From the NCBI GenBank assembly GCA_031406595.1, contig JANOHQ010000256.1, positions 1 to 48,832 of the forward strand: a stretch of 48,832 nucleotides of DNA, read 5' to 3'. Position 1 is the first letter of the stretch, and every line of letters begins with the position of its first letter. The position numbers and the translations under genes were made by a program. The notes under the pieces were generated by a model that ran no database searches, was not told the DNA's origin, and saw only the letters and a list, made by a program, of their open reading frames with translations. The stretch is from Chitinophagaceae bacterium (GTDB taxonomy: Bacteria; Bacteroidota; Bacteroidia; Chitinophagales; Chitinophagaceae). Below are positions 19,121-27,522 of this stretch, piece by piece.

Positions 19121-19185
19121 TCACGGACCTGGAGAAATATTCGGTGGTGCCGGGTGGGAAATTGTATAGTGATTTGTTTGTGTAG
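19121..19185 (+). repeat. 65-bp direct repeat, copy 2 (orphan SDR 3' end)
   Basis: Encodes TDLEKYSVVPGGKLYSDLFV* versus TDLEKYSVVPGAKLYNDLFV*. Confidence 0.9.
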
Positions 19186-19196
19186 GAACTCTTTAG

Positions 19197-19760
19197 TCAA
19201 TCTTTCTCTCTTTTATAAGTCAACAACGTTACACCCGATTTATATCCGGTTGCGTCAATTAATGTCAATTTGTGTCTGTCTTGAATGTTTTGGAAAAGGG
19301 GCTTGCCTTTTCCCAATATAACAGGATGGATGGCCAGACGATATTCATTGACCAGGTCCAGATTAAGGAATGTTGTTATGATATTTGCGCCTCCATACAA
19401 CCAGATATTTTTTCCCGCTTGTTCTTTAAGCGCTGTTACACACTTTTTGATATTGTCATTTATGAAAATTGCGCCGGTACCATCATCTTTTTTTGTCGTT
19501 GAAAAGACATACTTCTGTTTGCTGTGCAACAACTGGTATGCACCCCTGATCTTTTGACTGGCATCTTTGCCGGGTTGAAAACTTCCCCATTTTTCATAGC
19601 TTTTTCTGCCATAGAAGATCATGTCCTTGTCGCGGAGAATGTCATTAAGAATATCACCAAAATCAACTTCTTCATCCCTTACAAGCCAATCAATTTCACC
19701 ATTCGGACCTTCTATATATCCATCGAGTGTTATGGCTAAGTGTAAAATTATTTTTCTCAT
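19197..19760 (-). CDS. Dihydrofolate reductase / RibD C-terminal family protein
   Basis: ITLDGYIEGPNGEIDW, GRKSY, IWLYGGA, PVILGKGKPLF. Confidence 0.9.
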   Translation of the reverse strand: MRKIILHLAITLDGYIEGPNGEIDWLVRDEEVDFGDILNDILRDKDMIFYGRKSYEKWGSFQPGKDASQKIRGAYQLLHSKQKYVFSTTKKDDGTGAIFINDNIKKCVTALKEQAGKNIWLYGGANIITTFLNLDLVNEYRLAIHPVILGKGKPLFQNIQDRHKLTLIDATGYKSGVTLLTYKREKD

Positions 19761-19786
19761 TGCTCTTCTTAACTATTCAAAGCGGT

Positions 19787-19879
19787 TTATAAAACCTCCT
19801 CCGGTTGATGCTGCGCCAGCACATTGCTTACCAATTTCCTGATATCATTTGCCAGCAATTCAGGTTCCTTTTCGTGTGA
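19787..19879 (-). pseudogene. Orphan 3' fragment of an alpha/beta hydrolase (epoxide hydrolase-like)
   Basis: Reads HEKEPELLANDIRKLVSNVLAQHQPEEVL*; homologous fragment at 20450-20515. Confidence 0.5.
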
Positions 19880-19926
19880 GAAATTAAATCAGCCCCGACG
19901 TTCTGAGTTCACCTGGTTTCCCCAAA

Positions 19927-20355
19927 CTAGTCCGGGTCGTAATTCGGTGCTTCACATTCCCGCCAATACTCAACAATCATTTTTATCGTACGCTGTAGTT
20001 TTTCCTGGTTATTGGGTTTTACAAAAAAGCCCTGGGCAGATTGTGAGTAGGCGTCAACAACGGCTTTTTGATTTGACGTGGTGGTAAAAAACAAATACGG
20101 GATGCATTTCAAATTCAAGCTTTCGTTCGTATTGATCTTTTGTCTCAATTCGAAACCACTCAGTTTAGGCATATTAATATCGGAGAGAATAAGAAAGGGT
20201 TTAATCCTCGTATCTATCAGGTATTTCAAAGCCTCTTCCCCATCGGAAAAATAGATAATGGAATTTTCATAATCCAGGCTCTTAAAAATTTCCGCCAGGA
20301 TTTCCTTATCATCAGTGTCATCTTCTATCACTATGATCGCACCATCTTTATTCAT
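19927..20355 (-). CDS. Stand-alone response regulator receiver
   Basis: IEDD, LSDINMP, FFTTT, FFVKP. Confidence 0.92.
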   Translation of the reverse strand: MNKDGAIIVIEDDTDDKEILAEIFKSLDYENSIIYFSDGEEALKYLIDTRIKPFLILSDINMPKLSGFELRQKINTNESLNLKCIPYLFFTTTSNQKAVVDAYSQSAQGFFVKPNNQEKLQRTIKMIVEYWRECEAPNYDPD

Positions 20356-20449
20356 GCGTATGTTACAAAATACCTTAATGTATTGAATGATTCAAAACTA
20401 GGCTTTTTAAAGATATAGCGGATGGAGGCCCCGGTATATATATTCTGCC

Positions 20450-20515
20450 GCTGCGCCAGCACATCCCTTATAAATTTGCTGGTGAGTCGCTGGATTACAC
20501 CAGGTTCCTTGTGGA
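20450..20515 (-). pseudogene. Second degenerate hydrolase 3' fragment
   Basis: KEPGVIQRLTSKFIRDVLAQ; ungapped 40/61 nt match to 19810-19870. Confidence 0.4.
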
Positions 20516-20548
20516 AAGTTCTGCAGGATTTTCTCCAGGTCCCAATAT

Positions 20549-20923
20549 TTATTCGATTATTTTCCAATACGAATTTTTTCGGGTGATTTTGCCCTCGCAA
20601 AATTCCCAAAGATCACAACCACCTACCTTCAATTTAACTCCTGAAGTTGTGGTGCCGGTAAGCGTCCATTCCGATGTGCCCTGGGTTCCGTCCTCAGAGA
20701 CCCAATGCCGCCCATCTCCATAGTGAACATCAGGAATACTCTTGAACCGGCTGGCAAGGGCTTCACGCACTTGTGTTTTGCCAATAAAACGTTGCCCCCA
20801 TGATTCAGGCCCTCTCGGAAAATCAAAGGAACAATCATCGGAGAAGTATCCCATAATGGAATCGAGGTCATGCCTGTTAAATGCATCAAGCACTTGCTTT
20901 AGCGTATCTGCAGTTACTTTCAT
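20549..20923 (-). CDS. SnoaL-like / NTF2 family protein
   Basis: DAFNRHDLD, PDVHY, SEWTLTGT, GCDLWEF..GKI..KNSYWK. Confidence 0.9.
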   Translation of the reverse strand: MKVTADTLKQVLDAFNRHDLDSIMGYFSDDCSFDFPRGPESWGQRFIGKTQVREALASRFKSIPDVHYGDGRHWVSEDGTQGTSEWTLTGTTTSGVKLKVGGCDLWEFCEGKITRKNSYWKIIE

Positions 20924-20963
20924 TTGCTGGAATTGGCTTTCGCGGTTCGTTTTTTCTTTCGAC

Positions 20964-21392
20964 TTATTTTAGAAGTCCAATTTGTTGCATAATTGCCAGG
21001 TTGTCCATTAAGTTCCATGTTTCAATAATTAAACCATTTTCATCAAAAAGGTGTAAGTCCCAAAAACTGGCAGTAATTTTTTTGTGTGTTGGCTGAACGC
21101 CTAAAACTGTCTTTGTATGTGTCGCAGTGGCCACACTTCTGCCCATTACCCAGTTATCTTCTGCAAGAGCGTGTTCAACAGTAATTTGTATGTCTGTCCA
21201 GGTTTGGTGCATACCTTCTAGAAACTTTTGTATTCCTTCCCGTCCTTTTTCACCCTGTTTTGATTTCACTTCGTGATTGGGGGCATAAAAAAGAATACAC
21301 TCATCCAGTCGGTTGTTGTTAAAGGCCTCTTTTGCTTTTAGATAGTTAGCCTTGTTCCTGGCAGCTATCTCGATTTTGGTTAGGTTTTCCAT
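20964..21392 (-). CDS. Ester cyclase (SnoaL-like) protein
   Basis: GREGI, DIQITVE, THT..VLGVQPT.KKI, IETWNLMD. Confidence 0.85.
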   Translation of the reverse strand: MENLTKIEIAARNKANYLKAKEAFNNNRLDECILFYAPNHEVKSKQGEKGREGIQKFLEGMHQTWTDIQITVEHALAEDNWVMGRSVATATHTKTVLGVQPTHKKITASFWDLHLFDENGLIIETWNLMDNLAIMQQIGLLK

Positions 21393-21440
21393 TTTTGAAT
21401 GGTTTGGTTATTAGAAAACCGAATATTATAAGCAGTGCTT

Positions 21441-22046
21441 TTATGGTCTGTAAGGTATTTCTTTCGGTTCATTTTTGTAATAACCCGCAATAATTGAAAG
21501 CTGCTTGTCGGTCAAAAGTATTGCGTGTAAATCATTACCACCATATAATAGATAAAACTGCTCATTAATATTTTTTGCCTTCAATATTTCATTCACTTTT
21601 ATAAAGAACTTTCTTGGAGCAGTGTCCCAAAAGGTATTGTTGTCCAGGTCCTTTTGATTGAATAGTTGAATAGTGTCGCTATTAATTAAAGCGTCAAAGG
21701 AATTTTCTTTGTCGTTTAGCTTGTACGCAGATAGTTTGATATCTCTTTTAGCTAAAATTCTATTGACATTTGGAAGAAAAAAGCCAAAGCTAAATTCAGC
21801 AAGTTCTTCGGCGTCGATATGAGCGATCTTAAAATTATCTTCCGCATAAATGTCGAATGAATTTGTGAGTTGCGCTTTTAGGCTGTCAATCTTTGAGCTG
21901 TCTGCATATTTTAGAAAGGAATTATCAATAAGGTCTGTCGCATAACTGTCTTTGTCCAACCTCTGCATAGCGTCACTTTTGCTCTGTTTGTTTTGATTGC
22001 AACTGAGTAAGATTATTGCGTAAAATAAAAGTGCTGATTGTTTCAT
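21441..22046 (-). CDS. Hypothetical lipoprotein (putative gene cassette)
   Basis: Lipobox LLSC; AT-rich; bounded by attC-like sequences. Confidence 0.75.
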   Translation of the reverse strand: MKQSALLFYAIILLSCNQNKQSKSDAMQRLDKDSYATDLIDNSFLKYADSSKIDSLKAQLTNSFDIYAEDNFKIAHIDAEELAEFSFGFFLPNVNRILAKRDIKLSAYKLNDKENSFDALINSDTIQLFNQKDLDNNTFWDTAPRKFFIKVNEILKAKNINEQFYLLYGGNDLHAILLTDKQLSIIAGYYKNEPKEIPYRP

Positions 22047-22058
22047 CTTGCATGTTTA

Positions 22059-22195
22059 GCATTGCCTTCAACAGGGGGACTTAGCGCAGGGAGATCATCT
22101 AAAGCGACTTTGCGGCCGGGCGATACTAAGATACATTTTTTGTTTTAGCGAGGCCAGTATGCAGAGGCTTGCGCCAACCGAATGTGAGGCGTAGT
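22059..22195 (-). mobile_element. attC-like recombination site
   Basis: Minus strand ACTACGCCTCAC (R''-like) ATTCGG TTGGCGCAAG ... CCTGCGCTAA GTCCCCCT GTTGAAGGC (R'-like); imperfect long hairpin starting just after a stop codon. Confidence 0.55.
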
Positions 22196-22199
22196 TATG

Positions 22200-22625
22200 T
22201 TAGAAAAGTTCTGCAAATTCTTCATCGAAACTAAAACCTGTTATTACCCATTTGAGGCCATTATTGTAAAGAGAAAATTTGCACTTCAGGAAGTAACGTT
22301 CGAATCGAATAGCGTAATAACGCTTTGATGCTACTTCCCCTGCTGATTTTTCGAGAATAAATTTAGTTCCTAGAAACTTGCCATTTTCTTCGGCAGTTAT
22401 GTCTATGGCTGAGATTATTTTTGGTATTAAGCTATCAATTGCTGTCGTTTCAACTACAGAATATTCTTTCAGCAATGTTGCTACTCCGTCAAAATCTTGG
22501 CGGCTGAATGAAGCCATGATTTTATCACAGACGCTATTTATTCTAAGTTTTTCAGGCGCAATCTTTGTTTGACCTATTGATTGCATGGCTATAAAGCAAA
22601 AAATAATGAAAACTAGTTTACGCAT
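22200..22625 (-). CDS. Hypothetical exported protein (putative gene cassette)
   Basis: Signal peptide MRKLVFIIFCF; preceded by a GTTAGGC core site at 22663-22657. Confidence 0.72.
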   Translation of the reverse strand: MRKLVFIIFCFIAMQSIGQTKIAPEKLRINSVCDKIMASFSRQDFDGVATLLKEYSVVETTAIDSLIPKIISAIDITAEENGKFLGTKFILEKSAGEVASKRYYAIRFERYFLKCKFSLYNNGLKWVITGFSFDEEFAELF

Positions 22626-22758
22626 TCGCAAATTTTGGAGTGATTAATAAAATTACGCCTAACAGATAAATATACGCAACTCCCCACCCAATATTCTCAA
22701 CCTAACTCTTGCAAACCAACTCGTGAAAGCCTGATAACCAGTTGAGTCAACTGTACTG

Positions 22759-22838
22759 GAATTCGAAAAGCATTAGCATTGGCACAAAAATGTAATCGAA
22801 ATTTAAAAGCATTAGCGGCGGTCACAAAACTGTGACCG
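22759..22838. repeat. Two imperfect 39-40 bp tandem units ending in a CGGTCACA-AAAC-TGTGACCG hairpin
   Basis: AAAAGCATTAGC at 22766 and 22805. Confidence 0.6.
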
Positions 22839-22912
22839 GGAAAAAGGGGAGCGGCAATCAATCACTATATAAAAAGAAGTTATGACTTAAGTAACGTAGG
22901 ATCAGTCGACTA

Positions 22913-24460
22913 TTATTCCTCCGCCGCTTCCTGCCCCTTCTCCGGCCGCATCTGTGGAAACAACAACACATCCTGTATCGAAACCTGGTTGGTCAGCAGC
23001 ATACAAAGCCTGTCTACCCCAAACCCGATACCGGAAGTAGGAGGCATGCCGTATTCCAGGGCGCGTAGAAAATCGTAGTCGATAAACATGGCTTCATCAT
23101 CGCCGCGTTCTCCCAACTTCACCTGCTCTTCAAAACGTTCCCGCTGATCGATGGGGTCGTTCAGCTCACTATAGGCATTGGCAATTTCTTTTCCGTTGAT
23201 GATGAGTTCAAAGCGTTCAACGAGTCCTTGTTTATCACGGTGCTTTTTTGTGAGGGGACTCATCTCCACAGGATAGTCGATGATAAACGTAGGCTGCACA
23301 TAATTCTTCTCGCATTTTTCACCGAACAGCATATCGATCAGTTTGCCCTTACCCATAGTATTGTCTGCCTGTATATGCAGTTGTTTGCAGATCGAACGAA
23401 GCTGTTCTTCATTCATCCGGCTCACATCGGTTCCTGTATGTTCCTGTATCGCGTCATATATACTGATACGCTTGAAAGGAGCTTTAAACGAAATACTCTT
23501 ACCGGAAGCAATATCACCAACCGGTACATCGGTGGTGCCACAAACATCCATCGCTGCTTTTTCCAACAGCTGTTCCGTGGTTTCCATCATCCAGAAATAA
23601 TCTTTGTACGCTGTATAGAATTCGAGTATGGTAAACTCGGGGTTATGTGTACGGTCCATTCCCTCGTTGCGGAAATTGCGGCTGAATTCATAGACCCAGT
23701 CGAACCCGCCTACGATCAATCTTTTCAGATAGAGTTCATTGGCAATACGTAAGTACAAAGGGATATCCAGCGCATTATGATGTGTTTCGAAAGGCCTTGC
23801 CGCCGCTCCACCGGGAATGGATTGCAATACCGGTGTATCCACTTCGAGTGCACCTCTTTCATTTAAGAACTCCCGGATAGAATTGATCAGCTTTGTTCTT
23901 TTCAGGAAAGTCTCTTTCACAGAAGGATTGATGATCAGGTCGGCATAACGCTGGCGGTATTTGAATTCGGGATCCGTCACCGCGTCAAATGTTTGTCCTT
24001 CGGCTTCTTTTACGATCGGTAAAGGCCGCAGCGATTTACTCAGCAGCGTCAGCTCTTTTACATGGATCGAAGTCTCACCCGTTTTCGTAATAAATGCATA
24101 GCCACGGATACCGATGATATCGCCGATGTCCAATAATTTTTTCCAGACAATATCGTACAATGTTTTATCCTCGCCCGGGCAGAGCTCATCTCTTTTAAGG
24201 TATAGCTGGATTCGTCCATAACTGTCCTGGATGACCGCGAAATTGGCCTTGCCCATATCCCGCACGCTCATAATGCGGCCGGCGATACATATGTCGGCAA
24301 ATTGTTCTTTGACCTCTTCCTTGTAATTCTCTTTTATTGAAACGGAATTATTGTTGACCGGAAACAAAGGCGCCGGGTAGGGCTCGATACCCATCATGAT
24401 CAGTTCAGCGAGTTTTTCGCGGCGTAGTAATTCTTGTTCAGATAAATGTTGTGTACTCAT
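22913..24460 (-). CDS. lysS: Lysine--tRNA ligase (class II)
   Basis: YRQRYADL, GGAAARPF.THHN, YLRIANELYLKRL, FRNEG, HNPEF, EYGMPPTSG. Confidence 0.98.
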   Translation of the reverse strand: MSTQHLSEQELLRREKLAELIMMGIEPYPAPLFPVNNNSVSIKENYKEEVKEQFADICIAGRIMSVRDMGKANFAVIQDSYGRIQLYLKRDELCPGEDKTLYDIVWKKLLDIGDIIGIRGYAFITKTGETSIHVKELTLLSKSLRPLPIVKEAEGQTFDAVTDPEFKYRQRYADLIINPSVKETFLKRTKLINSIREFLNERGALEVDTPVLQSIPGGAAARPFETHHNALDIPLYLRIANELYLKRLIVGGFDWVYEFSRNFRNEGMDRTHNPEFTILEFYTAYKDYFWMMETTEQLLEKAAMDVCGTTDVPVGDIASGKSISFKAPFKRISIYDAIQEHTGTDVSRMNEEQLRSICKQLHIQADNTMGKGKLIDMLFGEKCEKNYVQPTFIIDYPVEMSPLTKKHRDKQGLVERFELIINGKEIANAYSELNDPIDQRERFEEQVKLGERGDDEAMFIDYDFLRALEYGMPPTSGIGFGVDRLCMLLTNQVSIQDVLLFPQMRPEKGQEAAEE

Positions 24461-24722
24461 GTATTATTGATTCTCGATTCTTGTCCTTTGTTCCCAAAGG
24501 GCCTCAAAGGTACTGGTTCAGGCTTTGCAAGCAAAAACCGGTAATTTCTGAAACCGAAAATTTATAAGAACAAATACATTAGGCCGCAGATTATTATGAT
24601 AGTCATGATTAGGGAAGATAGTTTTAATCAGCGGCTCCATCTCCGCAAACTATACTAACACTCAAGCTGTGAACGACTAAAAACCTCCTGAGCCTGTCGA
24701 AGGACAAGAGGGTAGGGAGGCT

Positions 24723-24750
24723 AAAAAGCCCTCCGATAAAAGGGAGGGCT
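24723..24750 (-). terminator. Rho-independent terminator of the porin-family gene
   Basis: AGCCCTCC..GGAGGGCT stem followed by TTTTT on the minus strand. Confidence 0.75.
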
Positions 24751-24772
24751 GGCTTATTGAGTTGTTAGTCTT

Positions 24773-25411
24773 TTACTTGTTGTTGAGATACACCCCCAGC
24801 TGGATCCCAAAATAGCTGTTCTTCAGATCGCCGGTGCTTCCTTCTGTCACCAGGTTACGAAGACCTTTGTTATAATTGGCGGTAATCAGGAACCCACCAT
24901 TGGTTCTCCATCCTGCCGTAAAGTTGGCACCCCAGTCCGTTCCTCTCAGGTCATTGCCAGATTCTTTGCCAAAATGAACGATAGAAGTTGTTTTCACATC
25001 GTCGGTGATAGTCATTTTTTTGGACGGAAGATTAAAAGCGATAGAAGGTCCTGCCCCGATAAAAAATCCGCCACCACCTTTCGATCCGGAGATATAATAA
25101 AGAAAATCAGCATTGAATTCAGTATAACGTAAGGCTATTACGGCCTTGTCGATCAACGTACCAGGAGGATGCGGAAGGGTTTCTCCTTTTTGCACATACG
25201 AAACAGAAGGGCGAAAATTGAAGACTTTTCCTATTGGAGTTTCCAGCACAATACCCGTCATAAAACCAGCCCGGCCACTTCCTCCTTCAGCTTCGGTACC
25301 GTGCATGCTCGCCACGGCCACACCACCGGTAATACCTACCCGGGTTTGAGAAAGACCGGCAACCTGGAAACCAAGCACAGATGCAGCCAACAAGAAGATG
25401 ATTTTCTTCAT
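24773..25411 (-). CDS. Porin-family outer-membrane beta-barrel protein
   Basis: Signal peptide; RPSVSYVQKG, FIGAGPS, YNKGL.N, C-terminal GIQLGVY. Confidence 0.85.
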   Translation of the reverse strand: MKKIIFLLAASVLGFQVAGLSQTRVGITGGVAVASMHGTEAEGGSGRAGFMTGIVLETPIGKVFNFRPSVSYVQKGETLPHPPGTLIDKAVIALRYTEFNADFLYYISGSKGGGGFFIGAGPSIAFNLPSKKMTITDDVKTTSIVHFGKESGNDLRGTDWGANFTAGWRTNGGFLITANYNKGLRNLVTEGSTGDLKNSYFGIQLGVYLNNK

Positions 25412-25565
25412 AACAGTAGTTTTGGGATTACCTACTCGTATCGCTTTTCGGTAAAGGCGCCTTACTCTTTTGTGGGGATTTTCAGGAATTTCCCGGGTCT
25501 AAAATAACTAAAACCTGCCGCAAACTTAAGTAAACCAAACGATTTTCAAAACAGGCTCTTTTTTA

Positions 25566-25714
25566 GGTACTGGGTCAGTTTGAAATTTGAACCACCAAGA
25601 CAGGAAGACACAAAGTAACCCAAAGGTGTCTTAGTGAAGCCTTTGTGTCCTCGTGCCTTCGTGGTTCATTTATTAATATTTTGAAACCCGATAGCTATCG
25701 GGTGACCCACTACC
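25566..25714. repeat. Three-layer nested palindromic element
   Basis: Outer IR GGTACTGGGTCAGTTTGAAA / TTTGAAAC..TGACCCACTACC; middle IR 25588-25615 / 25641-25668 (24/28); palindrome CCCGATAGCTATCGGG at 25687-25702. Confidence 0.8.
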
Positions 25715-25795
25715 CTTTTTTATGACAAGTTACCGGCAAAACGCTGCAACCAATGGCTGCAATGCCACCGGGAAATTGTCCTGGATCTGGCCAGC

Positions 25796-26539
25796 CTAGT
25801 CGATGCGTGTTCCTTTTTGCCTTCGCCTCTTTTTGCCTGTAATAGCCCTTATGGCCAATACCAGCAAAAGGCTTATCAGTACTGTTCCTCCAACTCCCAC
25901 CAATATGGCAGCCCCTTCGGAGCCACTACAGGAGAGATCACAGGCCAATGCCAAAATAAGCCCCAGCAGGCCTATTGCTACGAAGACCGATAGGATGATC
26001 AAAGCGACTTTTCCTCCATTTGACATGTCGGATTTCCGGATGGCTCTTACCTGCTCCCTGAGCAGTTTCTTTCTCTCTTTCCATTTCAATTTTTTTCCCG
26101 TCTCGTCTTTTAAGGAGGCGGCAAAAGCGGCGATTGGTTTGTGCGTCTTTACCGTGCTGTCTTTTGGAAGCGATGTATTCACAGGTATGGCAGCATTCAG
26201 GGGTGATGAATAATTGAATAACTGACCTGGTTGGTTACTGAAATAGATGATCATCAGGAAAGTGGAAGCCGCCAATACAAAGTCACAAGTTTTTTGCCTT
26301 ACATAGAAACTGCCTGCATTCAGTTTTTTCCCTTTCAGGAATTTTGCCGGGTACGCTATTACGGCAGTGATATAAGCACAAACGGTCAGAGCCAGGGTGA
26401 CCGATGAAATGGTAACACCCATATTATCCAGTAAAACACCGACCAGGATACCTAGCACTGTGAGGACTACAAATGAGCCGATGATAATGATACGGGCCGC
26501 CGCTTTATGATGCCGGGCCCATTGGGAGATCTTTTTCAT
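25796..26539 (-). CDS. Hypothetical membrane protein
   Basis: Three N-terminal and two C-terminal TM segments, C.LSC.GS motif. Confidence 0.75.
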   Translation of the reverse strand: MKKISQWARHHKAAARIIIIGSFVVLTVLGILVGVLLDNMGVTISSVTLALTVCAYITAVIAYPAKFLKGKKLNAGSFYVRQKTCDFVLAASTFLMIIYFSNQPGQLFNYSSPLNAAIPVNTSLPKDSTVKTHKPIAAFAASLKDETGKKLKWKERKKLLREQVRAIRKSDMSNGGKVALIILSVFVAIGLLGLILALACDLSCSGSEGAAILVGVGGTVLISLLLVLAIRAITGKKRRRQKGTRID

Positions 26540-26703
26540 GCAGTTGGTTTTGGACTTAAAAGGTAGGATAAATAAATAGTATGAGCCATTTTCCCGGATT
26601 TTTTATCAAAAATCGACAGATGGCTTGTTTATTGGATACAAATCAAATGGGGAAAATATTCTAAGTTGTACTGGAACCACTCCTTCCCTCTAAAAAACAA
26701 AGT

Positions 26704-27393
26704 ATGAAAAACATATTGATCGCCGCGATCCTCTCGTTGTCACTCAGCAGTTGTGACGTGTTATCCAAACTTCCCACCGGCACCGGTGTTACCGAAGGCG
26801 AAGCAGCCGAAGGGATCAAAGAGGCATTGGGGCAGGGCCTGGTAAAAGCGGTATTACAATTGAACAGGACCGACGGGTTCTTCAAAGACGCATTGTATAA
26901 GATACTGATGCCGCCGGATGCCAGGAAGATCGAGAACACGCTCCGTGATATTGGAATGGGTAAGATGGTCGACAAAGCCATTCTCCAGATCAACCGGGCG
27001 GCGGAAGATGCCGCCGGATTTGCCAAACCCATTTTTGTGGATGCCATCAAGAGTATGACACTCAGCGATGCGATCGGGTTGGTAAGGAACGGTGACACCA
27101 GTGCCACGCATTTTTTCCGGGTGAAGACCACGGATAGACTGATCGCAGCATTTTTCCCGGTGATAAAAAGTTCGCTGGATAAAGTGGAAGCCACCAAATA
27201 CTATAGCGATGTGATCAATACTTACAATAATTTTCCCACAACCCTCAGGAAGCTTAATCCCGACCTTCCGGGCTTTGTGACCAGCAGGGCCACTAATGCC
27301 TTATTTGACCTGGTAGCAAAGGAAGAAGTAAATATCCGTCAGAATATTGCGGCCCGGACAACAGAATTATTACGAAAAGTATTTGGCAGGTAA
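26704..27393 (+). CDS. DUF4197 family lipoprotein
   Basis: Lipobox LSSC; GIKEAL.QG, DGFF, NRAAEDA, AKPIFVDA, EE.NIR. Confidence 0.9.
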   Translation: MKNILIAAILSLSLSSCDVLSKLPTGTGVTEGEAAEGIKEALGQGLVKAVLQLNRTDGFFKDALYKILMPPDARKIENTLRDIGMGKMVDKAILQINRAAEDAAGFAKPIFVDAIKSMTLSDAIGLVRNGDTSATHFFRVKTTDRLIAAFFPVIKSSLDKVEATKYYSDVINTYNNFPTTLRKLNPDLPGFVTSRATNALFDLVAKEEVNIRQNIAARTTELLRKVFGR

Positions 27394-27395
27394 CC

Positions 27396-27420
27396 GTCTG
27401 GCCGCTCCAAGCGGCCAGAC
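27396..27420. repeat. Perfect GC-rich hairpin (REP-like or terminator)
   Basis: GTCTGGCCGC-TCCAA-GCGGCCAGAC; no U tract. Confidence 0.6.
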
Positions 27421-27522
27421 CGCAATCCGGCGCAACCAATAGCCTAAAATATCGTCAAATATTCCGGCAGGGTCGTTTGGCAGCCCCGCCCATGCTATCT
27501 TGCGTTCACAAACCAGTTAGAT

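Noticed and set aside
20352-20609. 85-aa ORF between the response regulator and SnoaL genes
   Set aside because: Overlaps both neighbours; only its central part looks like a decayed hydrolase fragment
19197-22660. Prophage or ICE interpretation of the accessory gene stretch
   Set aside because: No integrase, phage, conjugation or transposase genes; better explained by piecemeal gene capture
22759-22838. Possible mini CRISPR array
   Set aside because: Only two degenerate adjacent units, no spacers, no cas genes
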